In this document: positions 28,284 to 41,228 of the stretch, piece by piece | Layout: every line of letters starts with the position of its first letter | Position numbering within the stretch: the first letter of the stretch is position 1 | NCBI GenBank assembly: GCA_026989015.1 | Contig: JALSKD010000016.1 | Location: 21,710-85,709, forward strand | Reading direction: 5' to 3' | From: Gammaproteobacteria bacterium | GTDB taxonomy: Bacteria; Pseudomonadota; Gammaproteobacteria; GCA-001735895 | Length of the DNA stretch: 64,000 nucleotides | Program-made: the position numbers and the translations under genes | The notes under the pieces: model-generated | Seen by the model: the letters and a program-made list of their open reading frames with translations, nothing else | What the model was told of the DNA's origin: nothing | Database searches by the model: none

Positions 28284-29066
28284 ATGAACCGCATCGCCCT
28301 GGGCATCGAATACGACGGCTCGGCCTACAGGGGTTGGCAACGCCAGAAGCACAGCCCGTCGGTGCAACAGAAGGTGGAGGAGGCCCTGTCCTTCGTCGCC
28401 GATGAGCCGGTGGAGCTGATCTGTGCCGGGCGCACCGATCGGGGCGTTCATGCGCTGGAACAGGTGGTGCATTTCGATACCCGGGCCGAGCGCTCGGAAC
28501 GCGCCTGGCTGCTCGGCGCCAACTGTCGATTGCCACGGGACATCCGCCTGCGCTGGGCGGTGCCGGTGAGCGCTGACTTTCATGCCCGGTTTTCGGCGGT
28601 CGCGCGCAGCTACCGCTACCTGATCCTCAATGACCGGGTGCCCAGCGCCATCTTCCACGACAAGTGCTGCTGGGAGCACCGGCCACTCGATGCCGAGCGC
28701 ATGCGCCAGGCGGCCGAAGCCCTGGTCGGCGAACATGATTTCAGCAGCTTCCGCGCGGCCGGCTGTCAGGCGAAATCACCGATCCGCCGGATCGAGTGGC
28801 TGCGGGTGGAGCGGGAAGGAACATTCATCCGTATCGACATCAAGGCCAATGCCTTTTTGCACCACATGGTGCGCAACATCGCCGGCAGCCTGATGGTCAT
28901 TGGCAGCGGCGAGCAGCCGGTTTCCTGGCTGAATGAGGTACTGCAGCAGCGTGACCGGAGGCTGGCGGCGATGACCGCGCCGGCCGGCGGCCTGTACTTC
29001 GTACGCGCCGATTACCCCGAAGCCTACGATCTGCCCCAGCAACAGCGACTGCCGCGCCTGTTTTGA
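28284..29066 (+). CDS. truA: tRNA pseudouridine(38-40) synthase
   Basis: MNRIALGIEYDGSAYRGWQRQ.... Confidence 0.9.
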   Translation: MNRIALGIEYDGSAYRGWQRQKHSPSVQQKVEEALSFVADEPVELICAGRTDRGVHALEQVVHFDTRAERSERAWLLGANCRLPRDIRLRWAVPVSADFHARFSAVARSYRYLILNDRVPSAIFHDKCCWEHRPLDAERMRQAAEALVGEHDFSSFRAAGCQAKSPIRRIEWLRVEREGTFIRIDIKANAFLHHMVRNIAGSLMVIGSGEQPVSWLNEVLQQRDRRLAAMTAPAGGLYFVRADYPEAYDLPQQQRLPRLF

Positions 29067-29081
29067 GTAGAATCAGCGCCC

Positions 29082-29726
29082 ATGAACCTTGCCCCACTTC
29101 GCACCCGGATCAAGATCTGCGGCCTGAAAACGGTCGAGGATGCGCTGATCGCGGCCCGTGCCGGCGCCGATACCCTGGGTCTGGTGTTTCACCCGCGCAG
29201 TCCGCGCTGCATCGATATCGAACAGGCGTTGCGGATTCGTGATGCGTTGCCGGCCTTCGTCGGGATTACCGCCCTGTTCATGGACGATGACGCTTCCCGC
29301 GTGGCCGAGGTCGTCGAACGGCTGGCACCGGATGTCCTGCAGTTCCACGGCGCCGAGGACCCCGCATTCTGCAGCCGCTGGGGCCGCCCTTACATCAAGG
29401 CCGTCGCGATGGGCGACAGCCCGGACATCGAAGTCTTCGCCCGCCGGCATCCGCAGGCCAGGGGCTTTCTGCTCGACAGCCATGCGGCTGGACGGCAAGG
29501 GGGCTCGGGTGATACATTTGACTGGTCCCGGATCCCTTCCGACTTCCCCCATCCGCTGATTCTTGCCGGCGGGCTGAACCCGCAGAATGTGGCGCGCGCC
29601 ATCAGTGCCGTTCGCCCCTGGGCAGTGGATGTCAGCAGCGGCGTGGAACGGGAAAGAGGCGTCAAGGACGCCGTTCTGATCCAACAGTTTTGCCAAGAGG
29701 TATTTCGTGCCGACCACCCCTGCTGA
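29082..29726 (+). CDS. trpF: Phosphoribosylanthranilate isomerase
   Basis: Translation homology. Confidence 0.85.
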   Translation: MNLAPLRTRIKICGLKTVEDALIAARAGADTLGLVFHPRSPRCIDIEQALRIRDALPAFVGITALFMDDDASRVAEVVERLAPDVLQFHGAEDPAFCSRWGRPYIKAVAMGDSPDIEVFARRHPQARGFLLDSHAAGRQGGSGDTFDWSRIPSDFPHPLILAGGLNPQNVARAISAVRPWAVDVSSGVERERGVKDAVLIQQFCQEVFRADHPC

Positions 29727-30933
29727 ACCCGCCATCGATTACTACGATTACCCGGATGCCCGCGGCCATTTCGGCCGTTTCGGCGGCCTGTTCGTCGCCG
29801 AGACCCTGATGGGTCCGCTCAGGGAATTGCACGAGGCCTACGAGCATTTCTCGCGAAATGCCGATTTCCAGAAGGAGTTCGACGCCGACCTGCAGCACTA
29901 TGTGGGGCGGCCGAGCCCGGTCTATCACGCCGAACGTTGGTCGCGGGAGATCGGCGGCGCGCAGATCTGGCTCAAGCGCGAAGATCTCAACCACACCGGC
30001 GCCCACAAGGTCAACAACACCATTGGCCAGGCGCTGCTCGCCAGCCGCATGGGCAAAACCCGCATCATTGCCGAAACCGGCGCCGGGCAGCATGGCGTCG
30101 CCACCGCCACCGTGGCCGCGCGGCTGGGACTGGAATGCGTGGTCTACATGGGCGCCGAGGACATTCAGCGTCAGGCCGCCAATGTCTACCGCATGAAGCT
30201 GCTGGGCGCCGAAGTGGTGCCGGTCACCTCCGGCTCGCGCACGCTCAAGGATGCGCTCAACGAAGCGATGCGCGACTGGGTTACCCATATCGACGACACC
30301 TTCTACATCATCGGCACCGTTGCCGGGCCGCACCCCTATCCGGCAATGGTGCGCGATTTCCAGGCCATCATCGGCCGCGAGGCGCGCGCGCAGATGCTGG
30401 AAGCCGCGGGCCGGCTGCCCGATGTGCTGGTGGCCTGCGTCGGCGGTGGTTCCAACGCCATCGGGCTGTTTCATGAGTTCCTCAACGACCGCGAGATCGA
30501 GATCCACGGAGTCGAGGGCGGTGGCGAAGGCATCGACACCGGCCGCCATGCCGCGCCGCTGTGCGCCGGTACGCCCGGCGTGTTGCACGGCAACCGCACC
30601 TACCTGATGAGCGACCCGGACGGGCAGATCATCGAAACCCATTGCATCTCCGCCGGGCTGGACTACCCCGGCGTCGGCCCCGAACATGCCTGGCTCAAGG
30701 AGACCGGCCGTGCGCAGTACCATTCGGTCACCGACGACGAGGCGCTGGCCGCCTTCCACGCCCTGACCCGCATCGAGGGCATCATCCCGGCGCTGGAATC
30801 CTCCCATGCGCTGGCCCATGCGGCAAAACTGGCCGCCACCCGCTCGCCGGATGAGATCATCCTGGTCAACCTGTCGGGCCGTGGTGACAAGGACATCCAT
30901 ACTGTGGCGGCGCTGGAGGGCATCGAGCTGTGA
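29707..30933 (+). CDS. trpB: Tryptophan synthase beta chain
   Basis: [12 protein letters not shown] motif. Confidence 0.95.
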   Translation: MPTTPAEPAIDYYDYPDARGHFGRFGGLFVAETLMGPLRELHEAYEHFSRNADFQKEFDADLQHYVGRPSPVYHAERWSREIGGAQIWLKREDLNHTGAHKVNNTIGQALLASRMGKTRIIAETGAGQHGVATATVAARLGLECVVYMGAEDIQRQAANVYRMKLLGAEVVPVTSGSRTLKDALNEAMRDWVTHIDDTFYIIGTVAGPHPYPAMVRDFQAIIGREARAQMLEAAGRLPDVLVACVGGGSNAIGLFHEFLNDREIEIHGVEGGGEGIDTGRHAAPLCAGTPGVLHGNRTYLMSDPDGQIIETHCISAGLDYPGVGPEHAWLKETGRAQYHSVTDDEALAAFHALTRIEGIIPALESSHALAHAAKLAATRSPDEIILVNLSGRGDKDIHTVAALEGIEL

Positions 30934-31733
30934 GCCGTATCGCGAAGACCTTCGATCGCCTGCGTGGAGAAGGCCGCAAGGCACTGATTCCGTTCATCAC
31001 CGCCGGCGATCCTCAACCGGACCGGACCCTGCCGCTGATGCACGATCTGGTGGATGCCGGCGCCGACCTGATCGAACTGGGCGTGCCTTTCTCCGATCCC
31101 ATGGCCGACGGCCCGGTGATCCAGGCCGCCGACGAACGGGCGCTGCAGCACCATGTCAGCCTGCGCGATGTGCTGGGCACGGTGCGCGCCTTCCGCGAGG
31201 ACGATGAGCGGACCCCGGTCGTGCTGATGGGCTACCTCAACCCGATCGAGGTGATGGGCTATGAAGCCTTTGCCACAGCCGCGTCCGAGGCCGGTGTCGA
31301 TGGCGTGCTGGTGGTGGATCTGCCACCCGAGGAGGCGACCGAATTCAGCGCCCTGATGAAGGACCGCGGCATCGATGTGATCTTCCTGATCGCGCCGACC
31401 ACCGACGCCGAACGCATCGCCGCCATCGATGCCTGTGCGTCCGGCTACCTCTATTATGTCTCGCTCAAGGGCGTAACCGGCGCCAATACCCTGGATGTGG
31501 GTTCGGTGGCCGAACGGTTGGGCGAGATCCGCGCTGTCTCCCGTCTGCCGGTTGGTGTAGGCTTCGGCATCAAGGACGGCGCTACGGCGCAGGCGGTGGC
31601 GCGGGTGGCCGACGCCGTGGTCGTGGGTTCGGCACTGGTGCGCCAGATCGAGCTGCACCGCGATGACCCCGACACCATGAATCAATCGGTGACCGCCGTG
31701 CTGCGCGAGATGCGTGGCATGATGGATGCCTGA
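30930..31733 (+). CDS. trpA: Tryptophan synthase alpha chain
   Basis: Translation homology; ATGA overlap with trpB. Confidence 0.9.
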   Translation: MSRIAKTFDRLRGEGRKALIPFITAGDPQPDRTLPLMHDLVDAGADLIELGVPFSDPMADGPVIQAADERALQHHVSLRDVLGTVRAFREDDERTPVVLMGYLNPIEVMGYEAFATAASEAGVDGVLVVDLPPEEATEFSALMKDRGIDVIFLIAPTTDAERIAAIDACASGYLYYVSLKGVTGANTLDVGSVAERLGEIRAVSRLPVGVGFGIKDGATAQAVARVADAVVVGSALVRQIELHRDDPDTMNQSVTAVLREMRGMMDA

Positions 31734-31752
31734 ACAGACCGGATGAAGAGCG

Positions 31753-32613
31753 ATGAGCTGGTTTGAAAAACTGCTGCCGTCGATTCGCACCAGCGGCAGC
31801 GACGACAAGAAAAACGTGCCGGAAGGGCTGTGGGCCAAGTGCGACAAGTGCGACGCCATCATCTACCGTGCCGAGCTGGAACGCAATCTGGATGTCTGCA
31901 CCAAGTGCGACCACCACATGCGGATTCCGGCGCGGCGACGACTCGAGCATTTTCTCGATGAGGAAGGCCGCAGCGAGATCGCGCCGGATCTGGAATCCAG
32001 CGATCCGCTGAAATTCAAGGACCACAAGAAATACAAGGATCGGCTCAGCGCCGCCCAGAAAGCCACCGGCGAAAAGGATGCGCTGATCGTCATCAAGGGC
32101 TCGGTCAAGGGCGTGGACCTGGTCGCCGCGGCCTTCGAGTTCCGTTTCATGGGCGGCTCCATGGGTTCGGTGGTCGGCGAGAAATTCGTGCGTGCGGTCA
32201 ACACCGCGCTGGAACACAACATCCCGCTGGTCTGTTTCTCCGCCTCCGGGGGCGCGCGCATGCAGGAAGCGCTGATCTCGCTGCTGCAGATGGCCAAGAC
32301 CAGCGCCGCGCTGACCCGCCTGTCACGGCGGGGCCTGCCCTTCATCTCGGTGCTCACCGACCCCACCATGGGCGGGGTATCCGCCAGCTTCGCCATGCTC
32401 GGCGACATCCACATCGCCGAACCGGGCGCGCTGATCGGTTTTGCCGGGCCGCGGGTCATCGAACAGACCGTGCGCGAACAGCTGCCGGAAGGCTTCCAGC
32501 GCAGCGAATTCCTGCTCGAACACGGCGCCATCGACATGATCATCGACCGCCGCGAGATGCGTGACCGCATCGCTTCGCTGTGCGCGATGATGACGCACCA
32601 GCCCGCGCCCTGA
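31753..32613 (+). CDS. accD: Acetyl-CoA carboxylase carboxyltransferase beta subunit
   Basis: N-terminal Zn-ribbon CDKCDAIIY...CTKCDHH. Confidence 0.9.
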   Translation: MSWFEKLLPSIRTSGSDDKKNVPEGLWAKCDKCDAIIYRAELERNLDVCTKCDHHMRIPARRRLEHFLDEEGRSEIAPDLESSDPLKFKDHKKYKDRLSAAQKATGEKDALIVIKGSVKGVDLVAAAFEFRFMGGSMGSVVGEKFVRAVNTALEHNIPLVCFSASGGARMQEALISLLQMAKTSAALTRLSRRGLPFISVLTDPTMGGVSASFAMLGDIHIAEPGALIGFAGPRVIEQTVREQLPEGFQRSEFLLEHGAIDMIIDRREMRDRIASLCAMMTHQPAP

Positions 32614-32614
32614 G

Positions 32615-32797
32615 ATGCCTGCCGGTGCCGTCAGCGTGGCGCTGTTGCTGGTCGGTCTGCTGATCATCGTTCTGGCGCACCGCATGGCGCGGCGCAAGGG
32701 CCTCAATCCGGTGTTCTGGAGCCTGCTGGCCGCACTGATCGGCCCACTGGTGTTTCCCTTCATCTGGCTGGCCAGGCCACGCAACTCCTCACGCTGA
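32615..32797 (+). CDS. Possible small two-TM membrane protein
   Basis: ATG 1 nt after the accD stop; hydrophobic translation; no homology support. Confidence 0.3.
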   Translation: MPAGAVSVALLLVGLLIIVLAHRMARRKGLNPVFWSLLAALIGPLVFPFIWLARPRNSSR

Positions 32798-32811
32798 GCG
32801 GGTGTCAGCGC

Positions 32812-34068
32812 ATGCGTTTCGATACGCTCGACGGCTGGCTCGACTGGCAACAGCAGCTCAATCCCCGAGCCATCGAGCTGGGCCTGGAACGGGTCTCCGA
32901 GGTCTGGCAACGCCTGGGCGCACCCGCGATTGCGGGGCGGGTGATTACCGTGGCCGGCACCAACGGCAAGGGCTCGACCGTTGCCGCCTACGAGACCTGG
33001 ATGCGGGCCCACGGCCTGCGCTGCGGCAGCTACACCTCACCCCATATATTGCGTTACAACGAGCGCATCCGCATCGACGGCGTACCGGTATCCGATGAGC
33101 GGTTAATCGAAGCCTTCGACGCCATCGACAGCGCCCGCGGCGACATCCCGCTGACCTATTTCGAGTTCGGCACACTGGCCGCCCTGTGGCTGTGCGCCGC
33201 CGAAAGCCTGGATTTCGGGCTGCTCGAAGTGGGTCTGGGCGGGCGGCTCGATGCGGTCAACATCATCGATGCCGACCTCGCCCACATCACTCCGATCGGA
33301 CTCGATCATCAGGCCTGGCTGGGTGATGACCGCGAGACCATCGGTGGCGAAAAGGCCGGCATCCTGCGCGCCGGTGGACTGGCCGTGTACAACGACCCGA
33401 GGCCGGTAGACCGAATTCTGCAGCGCTGCGAGGCTCTCGGTTGTGACCTGAGGCTGGCCGGGCGCGACTACCAGAACCGTATGGATGATGATCTCCTGCA
33501 CTGGCAGGGGCGGCGGCTGTCCTGCAGTCTGCGCTCGCCATTGACGGGCGCGCATCAGGCCTGGAACCTGGGTGGCGTGCTGGCCGGTCTGGAAGCGCTG
33601 GGGCTGCTGTATGAGGCCAGCGATTGTCATGGCTTCGAATCACTGAGCAACCCTGGCCGTCTGCAGCGGATCGACGGACTTCCGTTCCGGTTGTGGGTCG
33701 ATGTCGGCCACAATACCGATGCCGCCCGCGCCATCGCCGCGTTTCTCGAAGGCAGCAAGGCCGGCCGCCGGGTGCTGCTGCTGGGCATGCTCGAGGACAA
33801 GGACCCGCGCGGCTTTGTCGAAGCCCTGGGCGATACGGTCGATGCGGTCTGGCTGCTGGATCTGGAAGGCGCGCGCGGTCTCGGTTCCGACGCGCTGGCC
33901 GAGCGATTGGGCCGCCCAGGCGCAACGCCCCGTTTCGGCAACGCCCGCGCGGCCCTCGATCATGCGCTGTCAACGCTCGGCAATCAGGATATACTACTCG
34001 CCGCCGGTTCCTTCCTGACCGTGGAGGCGGTGCTGCGCGCCCTGAACGGGACGCAACCAAGCGACTGA
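32812..34068 (+). CDS. folC: Bifunctional folylpolyglutamate synthase / dihydrofolate synthase
   Basis: GTNGKGST P-loop. Confidence 0.85.
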   Translation: MRFDTLDGWLDWQQQLNPRAIELGLERVSEVWQRLGAPAIAGRVITVAGTNGKGSTVAAYETWMRAHGLRCGSYTSPHILRYNERIRIDGVPVSDERLIEAFDAIDSARGDIPLTYFEFGTLAALWLCAAESLDFGLLEVGLGGRLDAVNIIDADLAHITPIGLDHQAWLGDDRETIGGEKAGILRAGGLAVYNDPRPVDRILQRCEALGCDLRLAGRDYQNRMDDDLLHWQGRRLSCSLRSPLTGAHQAWNLGGVLAGLEALGLLYEASDCHGFESLSNPGRLQRIDGLPFRLWVDVGHNTDAARAIAAFLEGSKAGRRVLLLGMLEDKDPRGFVEALGDTVDAVWLLDLEGARGLGSDALAERLGRPGATPRFGNARAALDHALSTLGNQDILLAAGSFLTVEAVLRALNGTQPSD

Positions 34069-34087
34069 TGGCCTGCATATACTGAAC

Positions 34088-34864
34088 ATGGATCAACAAC
34101 TCAAGCAGCGGCTGGTGGGGCTGGCCGTGATCTTCTCGCTGGCGGTGATTTTCGTGCCGATGTTGCTCGACGGACCCGGCCCCGAGCAGAAAACCCTGGA
34201 AGTCGACATACCGCCAGCGCCGGAAATCATCCCTTTGCCGGTCAAGGTTGAGGAAAAGGTGATCGAACTGCGCCGCGAGACCGACGCCATCGAACCCCTG
34301 CAGCCCCGTATCGTCGACGAGTCCAGCGCGCCGCCCACGGCCCTGCCCGCAGCAACGCCGGAGGCCGACAAGATCGCGACTGCCGGGGAGACGGGCAGCG
34401 AACAGGGCTCCGGCACCTCGACTGCGGCCACTCCCGCGCAGCGCAAGGTCTCTCCAGCCGAGCAGGATCACGCAGGGCCTGAAGCTCCAGCGCCCGAGAA
34501 CGACACGGCAGCGGAACCCGAACCCCAACCCGTAGCCGCGCCAAAGCCCAAGCCCAAAACCCAACCCAGGTCGGAGCCCCGGGCCGAGGCCAGGCCGCTG
34601 CCCGCAAAAACACCGGCTGGCGGCGACAGCTTCATCGTTCAACTGGGCAGTTTCACCGACCGCAACAAGGCCTATGCCTTGCGTGACCGGGTGCGCAAGC
34701 TGCGCCTGGGCGCGGTGTTCATCGAGAAGTTCGCCAGGGGCAAGACTACCTTCTACCGGGTGCGCGTCGGGCCGTTCATCACCCGCGACAAGGCGCGGGT
34801 GGCGCTCAACAAGCTGCGCGCCAAGTACAACATCAAGGGGCAGGTGATGCGCTATGACCGCTAG
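34088..34864 (+). CDS. dedD: SPOR-domain cell-division protein (DedD-like)
   Basis: N-terminal TM helix, a Pro/Ala-rich linker, and a C-terminal SPOR domain. Confidence 0.7.
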   Translation: MDQQLKQRLVGLAVIFSLAVIFVPMLLDGPGPEQKTLEVDIPPAPEIIPLPVKVEEKVIELRRETDAIEPLQPRIVDESSAPPTALPAATPEADKIATAGETGSEQGSGTSTAATPAQRKVSPAEQDHAGPEAPAPENDTAAEPEPQPVAAPKPKPKTQPRSEPRAEARPLPAKTPAGGDSFIVQLGSFTDRNKAYALRDRVRKLRLGAVFIEKFARGKTTFYRVRVGPFITRDKARVALNKLRAKYNIKGQVMRYDR

Positions 34865-34933
34865 CCGGGTTTCGTTTCGCTGCCCCGGCCGTGCTAGAAT
34901 CGGCGCCTGCTCCGCCCGCTGACGGACCGATAC

Positions 34934-35422
34934 ATGGCCTGGTTTGACATTGCGATCCTCGGGATCATCCTGCTCTCCACCCTGATCAGCCTGGTCCGGG
35001 GCTTCGTCAAGGAGGCAGTCTCGCTGGCCACCTGGCTGGTCGCCGGATTCCTTGCCGTCACCTATTACCCGGTGCTGGCCGGCTACTTGTCCACCTGGAT
35101 CGAGTCGCCCACCCTGTCCCAGGCCGCGGCCTTTGCGATCCTGTTCATCTGCACCCTGATCGTCGGCGGCATCGTCAATTACATGATTGCGCAACTGGTC
35201 GACAAGACCGGCCTGTCCGGTACCGACAAGATGCTGGGCATGATCTTCGGCGCGGCGCGCGGCATCCTCATCGTCGCCATGATCGTGCTCTTCGCCGGCC
35301 TCACGCCGATGCCCCAGGAAAACTGGTGGCAGCAGTCGCAGCTGGTCGGTTATTTCATGGACATCGCCCTGTGGATCCGCGACATCATGCCCGCGGACCT
35401 CGCCGGAAAATTCAGTTTCTAA
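34934..35422 (+). CDS. cvpA: Colicin V production membrane protein CvpA
   Basis: [29 protein letters not shown].... Confidence 0.8.
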   Translation: MAWFDIAILGIILLSTLISLVRGFVKEAVSLATWLVAGFLAVTYYPVLAGYLSTWIESPTLSQAAAFAILFICTLIVGGIVNYMIAQLVDKTGLSGTDKMLGMIFGAARGILIVAMIVLFAGLTPMPQENWWQQSQLVGYFMDIALWIRDIMPADLAGKFSF

Positions 35423-35445
35423 ACCTCCCGGGATCCAAAATCGTC

Positions 35446-36953
<1,508 letters not shown>

Positions 36954-36957
<4 letters not shown>

Positions 36958-37523
36958 GCTCCGGCACCGGCCAGCGCCTGCGGCAGGCGCTCGAAGCGCT
37001 GGAACTGCCGCCGCAGGTCCGGCTGGCCGAGCCGCCGCAGCTGGTCCATGTGCGGATCGATACCCAGACCCTCAGTCTCTATGCCCCCGATGGCCGTCTG
37101 CTGGCCGAATACCCCGTATCCACCGCCGCCAACGGGCCGGGCGAACGCGAAGGCAGCCTGTGCACGCCGACCGGCTGGCACCGCATCAGCGAGAAGATCG
37201 GCGACGGCGAGCCGCCCGGCCGCGTCTTTCGTGGTCGTCAGGCTACCGGGGCGTGTTGCCTGCCCGTCGATCATGACGGCGTGGAGGATGTGATCACCAC
37301 CCGCATCCTGCGGCTGGAGGGCCTGCAGCCGGGTCACAACCGTGGCGGGGACCGCGACAGCGCGGCCCGTTATATCTACCTGCACGGCACCCCGGACGAG
37401 GCACGCATCGGCCAGCCGGTTTCCCACGGCTGTATCCGTTTGCGCAACGACGACATCGTCCGTCTCTTCGGCCGGCTGCGTGTCGGCGACGCGGTACTGA
37501 TCGAAGCGGGCGCCATGAGCTGA
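36954..37523 (+). CDS. L,D-transpeptidase (YkuD) domain protein
   Basis: ...[27 protein letters not shown]... catalytic His/Cys motif; ATGA overlap with purF. Confidence 0.7.
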
Positions 37524-37556
37524 TAGAATCCCGGCTTTTTGCAGTAACCGACTCTC

Positions 37557-38045
37557 ATGGAAAAATTGATCGAATCCCTGTTCTACGCCAGCCGCTGGCT
37601 GCTGGCCCCGGTCTATATCGGCCTGTCGCTGGCGCTGATCATTCTGGCCATGAAGTTCTTCCAGGAATTGATCCACTTCTTCCCTCTGGTGTTCCAGTCC
37701 ACTGAATCGGAACTGGTGCTGGTGGTCCTGTCGCTGATCGATCTGGCGCTGGTCGGCGGCTTGCTGGTAATGGTGATGTTCAGTGGTTATGAAAACTTCA
37801 TCTCGCGAATCGACCTGCGGGAAGGTGCCGACAAGCTGTCCTGGCTCGGCAAGCTGGACGCCGGCAGCCTCAAGCAGAAGGTGGCCGCCAGTATCGTCGC
37901 CATCTCGTCCATCCAGCTGCTCAAGGCCTACATGAATGCCTCGCAGGTGCCCAATGACAAGCTGCTCTGGTATGTCATCATTCACCTGACCTTCGTTGTC
38001 TCCGCCATAGGCATGGCGGTGGTGGACCGCATGAACGAACACTGA
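37557..38045 (+). CDS. UPF0114 (YqhA) family membrane protein
   Basis: [28 protein letters not shown].... Confidence 0.6.
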   Translation: MEKLIESLFYASRWLLAPVYIGLSLALIILAMKFFQELIHFFPLVFQSTESELVLVVLSLIDLALVGGLLVMVMFSGYENFISRIDLREGADKLSWLGKLDAGSLKQKVAASIVAISSIQLLKAYMNASQVPNDKLLWYVIIHLTFVVSAIGMAVVDRMNEH

Positions 38046-38449
38046 TGGGCGACGCCGACACCACAACCCTGATCGGCATGGCGGCCGTGGTTGCGGTCAC
38101 CGTGGGGCTGGCCCTGCTGATGAAGTTTCTGATTTCACGCAAGGCGCGGCGCATCGTCGGCCGGCCGGCACCGGACACCTCGGCCATCGATGGGGGATGT
38201 CGTGCCGCCCGCCGGGTCTATTACCTGTATTCCGAGCAGTGCGGCCCATGCAAGGCGCTGTCGCCGCAGATCGACGAACTGCGTGTGCAGCATCCCAACC
38301 TGATCAAGCTGGATGTGAAACGGCACCCGGAACTGGCGCGTGCGTTCAACGCCATGGCCACTCCCAGCTTCGTGGTGGTGCGTGACGGGCGGGTGGTCGA
38401 GGTCAGGCTGGGTGCCCAGAAACCCGCCTGGCTCTTGCAGAACCTTTGA
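38045..38449 (+). CDS. Membrane-anchored thioredoxin-family protein
   Basis: TM helix, then a CGPC active site. Confidence 0.65.
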   Translation: MGDADTTTLIGMAAVVAVTVGLALLMKFLISRKARRIVGRPAPDTSAIDGGCRAARRVYYLYSEQCGPCKALSPQIDELRVQHPNLIKLDVKRHPELARAFNAMATPSFVVVRDGRVVEVRLGAQKPAWLLQNL

Positions 38450-38470
38450 GATTGCTTCAGGCTTCCGAAC

Positions 38471-39661
38471 ATGAACGATCAGCACGGCGACGATTTCGAT
38501 TTCGACACCCTGGCCATCCGCAGCGGCTGCCGGCGCACGGAGGAGGGCGAGCACAGCGAAGCGCTGTTCATGACCTCCAGCTTTGTCTTCGGCTCCGCGG
38601 CGGAAGCGGCGGCCCGATTCTCCGGTGAACAGCCGGGCAACATCTATGCCCGCTTCACCAACCCGACGGTGCGCTGCTTCGAGCAGCGGCTGGCGGCGCT
38701 GGAAGGCGGTGACCGCTGTGTCGCCACCGCCTCCGGCATGGCCGCGATTCTGTCGCTGTGCCTGGCCCATCTCCAGGCCGGCGATCACATCGTCTGTTCC
38801 CGCTCGGTGTTCGGCACCACCACCGTGCTGTTCGAAAAATACCTCGGCAAGTTCGGTATCGACACGAGTTTCGTCGACCTCACCGATCTGGAAGCCTGGC
38901 GGCAGGCGCTGCGGACCGAAACGCGGCTGCTGTTTCTGGAAACGCCCTCCAACCCGTTGACCGAAGTGGCCGATATCGCGGCCCTGGCGGAACTGGCCCA
39001 TGACCGGGGCGCGCTACTGGCGGTGGACAACTGCTTCTGCACCCCGGCCCTGCAGCAACCATTGAAGCTGGGTGCCGATGTGGTGATCCACTCCGCGACC
39101 AAGTTTCTCGATGGTCAGGGGCGCATCATTGGCGGCGCGGTGGTCGGTGGCGAGGCACTGGTCGGCGAGGGCGTGTACGGCGTGGTGCGTACCGCGGGAC
39201 CCAGCATGAGCCCGTTCAATGCCTGGGTGGCGCTGAAGGGACTGGAAACCCTGTCGCTGCGCATGAAGGCCCATTCCGCCAATGCCCAGCGTCTCGCCGA
39301 GGCGCTTCAGGCCCATCCGCGGGTGAAACGCGTGTATTTCCCCGGTCTGCCGGAGCATCCGCAACATGAGTTGATGCAGCGCCAGCAGAGTGCGCCCGGT
39401 GGCATTGTCTCCTTCGTGGTCGAAGGGGGTCGAGAGGCGGCCTGGCGGGTCATCGATGCCTGCCGGATGCTGTCGATCACTGCCAACCTGGGTGACACCA
39501 AGACCACCATCACCCATCCGGCGACCACCACCCACGGCCGGCTGTCGGATGCCCAGAAACAGGCCGCGGGCATCGAGGACGGCCTGATCCGCGTCGCCGT
39601 CGGACTGGAATCGGCAGACGACATCATCGCGGACCTGATGCGCGGCCTCGAACGCCGATGA
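38471..39661 (+). CDS. metZ: O-succinylhomoserine sulfhydrylase (Cys/Met-metabolism PLP enzyme)
   Basis: Translation homology. The position downstream of purF matches Pseudomonas metZ. Confidence 0.8.
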   Translation: MNDQHGDDFDFDTLAIRSGCRRTEEGEHSEALFMTSSFVFGSAAEAAARFSGEQPGNIYARFTNPTVRCFEQRLAALEGGDRCVATASGMAAILSLCLAHLQAGDHIVCSRSVFGTTTVLFEKYLGKFGIDTSFVDLTDLEAWRQALRTETRLLFLETPSNPLTEVADIAALAELAHDRGALLAVDNCFCTPALQQPLKLGADVVIHSATKFLDGQGRIIGGAVVGGEALVGEGVYGVVRTAGPSMSPFNAWVALKGLETLSLRMKAHSANAQRLAEALQAHPRVKRVYFPGLPEHPQHELMQRQQSAPGGIVSFVVEGGREAAWRVIDACRMLSITANLGDTKTTITHPATTTHGRLSDAQKQAAGIEDGLIRVAVGLESADDIIADLMRGLERR

Positions 39662-40458
39662 CGGAGGGCATCTACGCCGGACTGCTGGAAGCCCTGCTGT
39701 GCAAGGACCCGCAGGACAAGTGTCTGGCTGTCGATCGGCTGCATCAGGTCTGGCAGAGCGGTGAACGGGTGCTCGATACGGATGCGCCGCTGTTGCCGCT
39801 AGATACCCCGGGGCGACCGCCGCGACCGCAGCTGGTGGACCCACGTGATACGCCGAAACGCAGCCTCGGCAGCCCGGAGGGCCGGGCCGTCATGCTGCAT
39901 GCCTTCGCGCATATTGAATTCAATGCCATCAACCTGGCGCTGGATGCGGCCTGGCGCTTTCGCGACATGCCCCGTGAGTTCATCGACGACTGGCTGCGGG
40001 TGGCCCACGAGGAGGCACGGCATTTCCGCCTGATCCGCGACTATCTGCGCGATCTTGGCTATGACTACGGACAGTGGCCGGCCCACAACGGCCTGTGGGA
40101 GATGGTGTGCAAGACCCGGCACGATGTATTGCACCGCATGGCGCTGGTGCCACGGGTCATGGAAGCACGCGGTCTGGATGTGACCCCGGGGCTGATGCAG
40201 CGCTTCGGGCAGGCCGGGGACGACCGGGCGGTGGATATCCTGCGGGTGATCTACGACGAGGAGATCGGCCATGTCGCCATCGGCAACCGCTGGTTCCACT
40301 TTTGTTGTGCGCAGCGGGAACTTGAGCCGCGTGAAACCTTCCAACAGCTGATCCGCGATTATTTCGGCCGCCTGCGCGGCCCCTTCAACCGTCCCGCCCG
40401 GCTGCAGGCCGGCTTCGACGAAGACGAACTGACTGCCATGGAACATGCCCTATGCTGA
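39658..40458 (+). CDS. DUF455 ferritin-like diiron protein
   Basis: ...HAFAHIEFNAINLALD... and ...EEIGHVAIGNRWF...; ATGA overlap with metZ. Confidence 0.55.
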   Translation: MTEGIYAGLLEALLCKDPQDKCLAVDRLHQVWQSGERVLDTDAPLLPLDTPGRPPRPQLVDPRDTPKRSLGSPEGRAVMLHAFAHIEFNAINLALDAAWRFRDMPREFIDDWLRVAHEEARHFRLIRDYLRDLGYDYGQWPAHNGLWEMVCKTRHDVLHRMALVPRVMEARGLDVTPGLMQRFGQAGDDRAVDILRVIYDEEIGHVAIGNRWFHFCCAQRELEPRETFQQLIRDYFGRLRGPFNRPARLQAGFDEDELTAMEHALC

Positions 40459-41228
40459 AACCGATCGCCCTGCTGATGCTGGTCCTGATTTCTGTCACGG
40501 CCCGGCCGCTGGCTGCTGCCGAAGGCCTGATCCCGATGACCGAACTGATCTTTGAGGAGAGCGAGCCGGGCGTTGAACCCTACCGCTCACGCATGTTGCT
40601 CAGTGATGACTGGCTGCGTCTCGACGGTGGCAGCGACGGCGGTGACTATATTCTGTTCGACCGCAAGGCACGGGAGATCCACAGCTTCAATCGCGGTGAC
40701 CGCACCGAACTGGTGATACCTCCTCGCGACATCGCTCCGGTGGATTTCACTGTCGAACACCGGCGCAGCGCCCAGACGCTGGAGGATGCGCCGAAGATCG
40801 CCGGCGGCACTCCGGTGGAGTACCGCTTCACCGCCGATGGCAAGCTGTGCCGCCGTTCCATCAATGTGGCCGGCTTCCTGCCCGAGTTTACGGCGGTGAT
40901 CAAAGACTATGAGCAGCTGCTGGCCGAGCAGGGCAAGCAGACATTGCCGCGGATTCCGGCCGATGTGCGCGAAAGCTGTTACATGTCCAACAATTTCCTG
41001 TACCCGGTGGATTACCTGGAACCGGGTTTTCCGCTGTTCGTGATCAACGACCAGCAGCGTTCGCGCAAGCTGGTGGGATACCGCGAGGTGGAGTTGCCGG
41101 AAGCGCTGATGCAGCCGGTACAGGGCTACCGTCGTTATTCACCACCCCCGGCCAATCCCGACGATGTGCGGCCGGGTCAGGCCATGCCTGGCCCTTTGTC
41201 GATCAGCAGCGAGGGTCCGTCAGAGTAA
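40452..41228 (+). CDS. Secreted hypothetical protein
   Basis: Signal peptide MLKPIALLMLVLISVTARPLAAA. Confidence 0.45.
   Translation: MLKPIALLMLVLISVTARPLAAAEGLIPMTELIFEESEPGVEPYRSRMLLSDDWLRLDGGSDGGDYILFDRKAREIHSFNRGDRTELVIPPRDIAPVDFTVEHRRSAQTLEDAPKIAGGTPVEYRFTADGKLCRRSINVAGFLPEFTAVIKDYEQLLAEQGKQTLPRIPADVRESCYMSNNFLYPVDYLEPGFPLFVINDQQRSRKLVGYREVELPEALMQPVQGYRRYSPPPANPDDVRPGQAMPGPLSISSEGPSE

Noticed and set aside
24648-28736. Long minus-strand ORFs (24648..26207, 26277..28736) and Ser-rich frames over fimV
   Set aside because: Antisense/alternate frames of the repetitive acidic FimV tract. No start context or homology.
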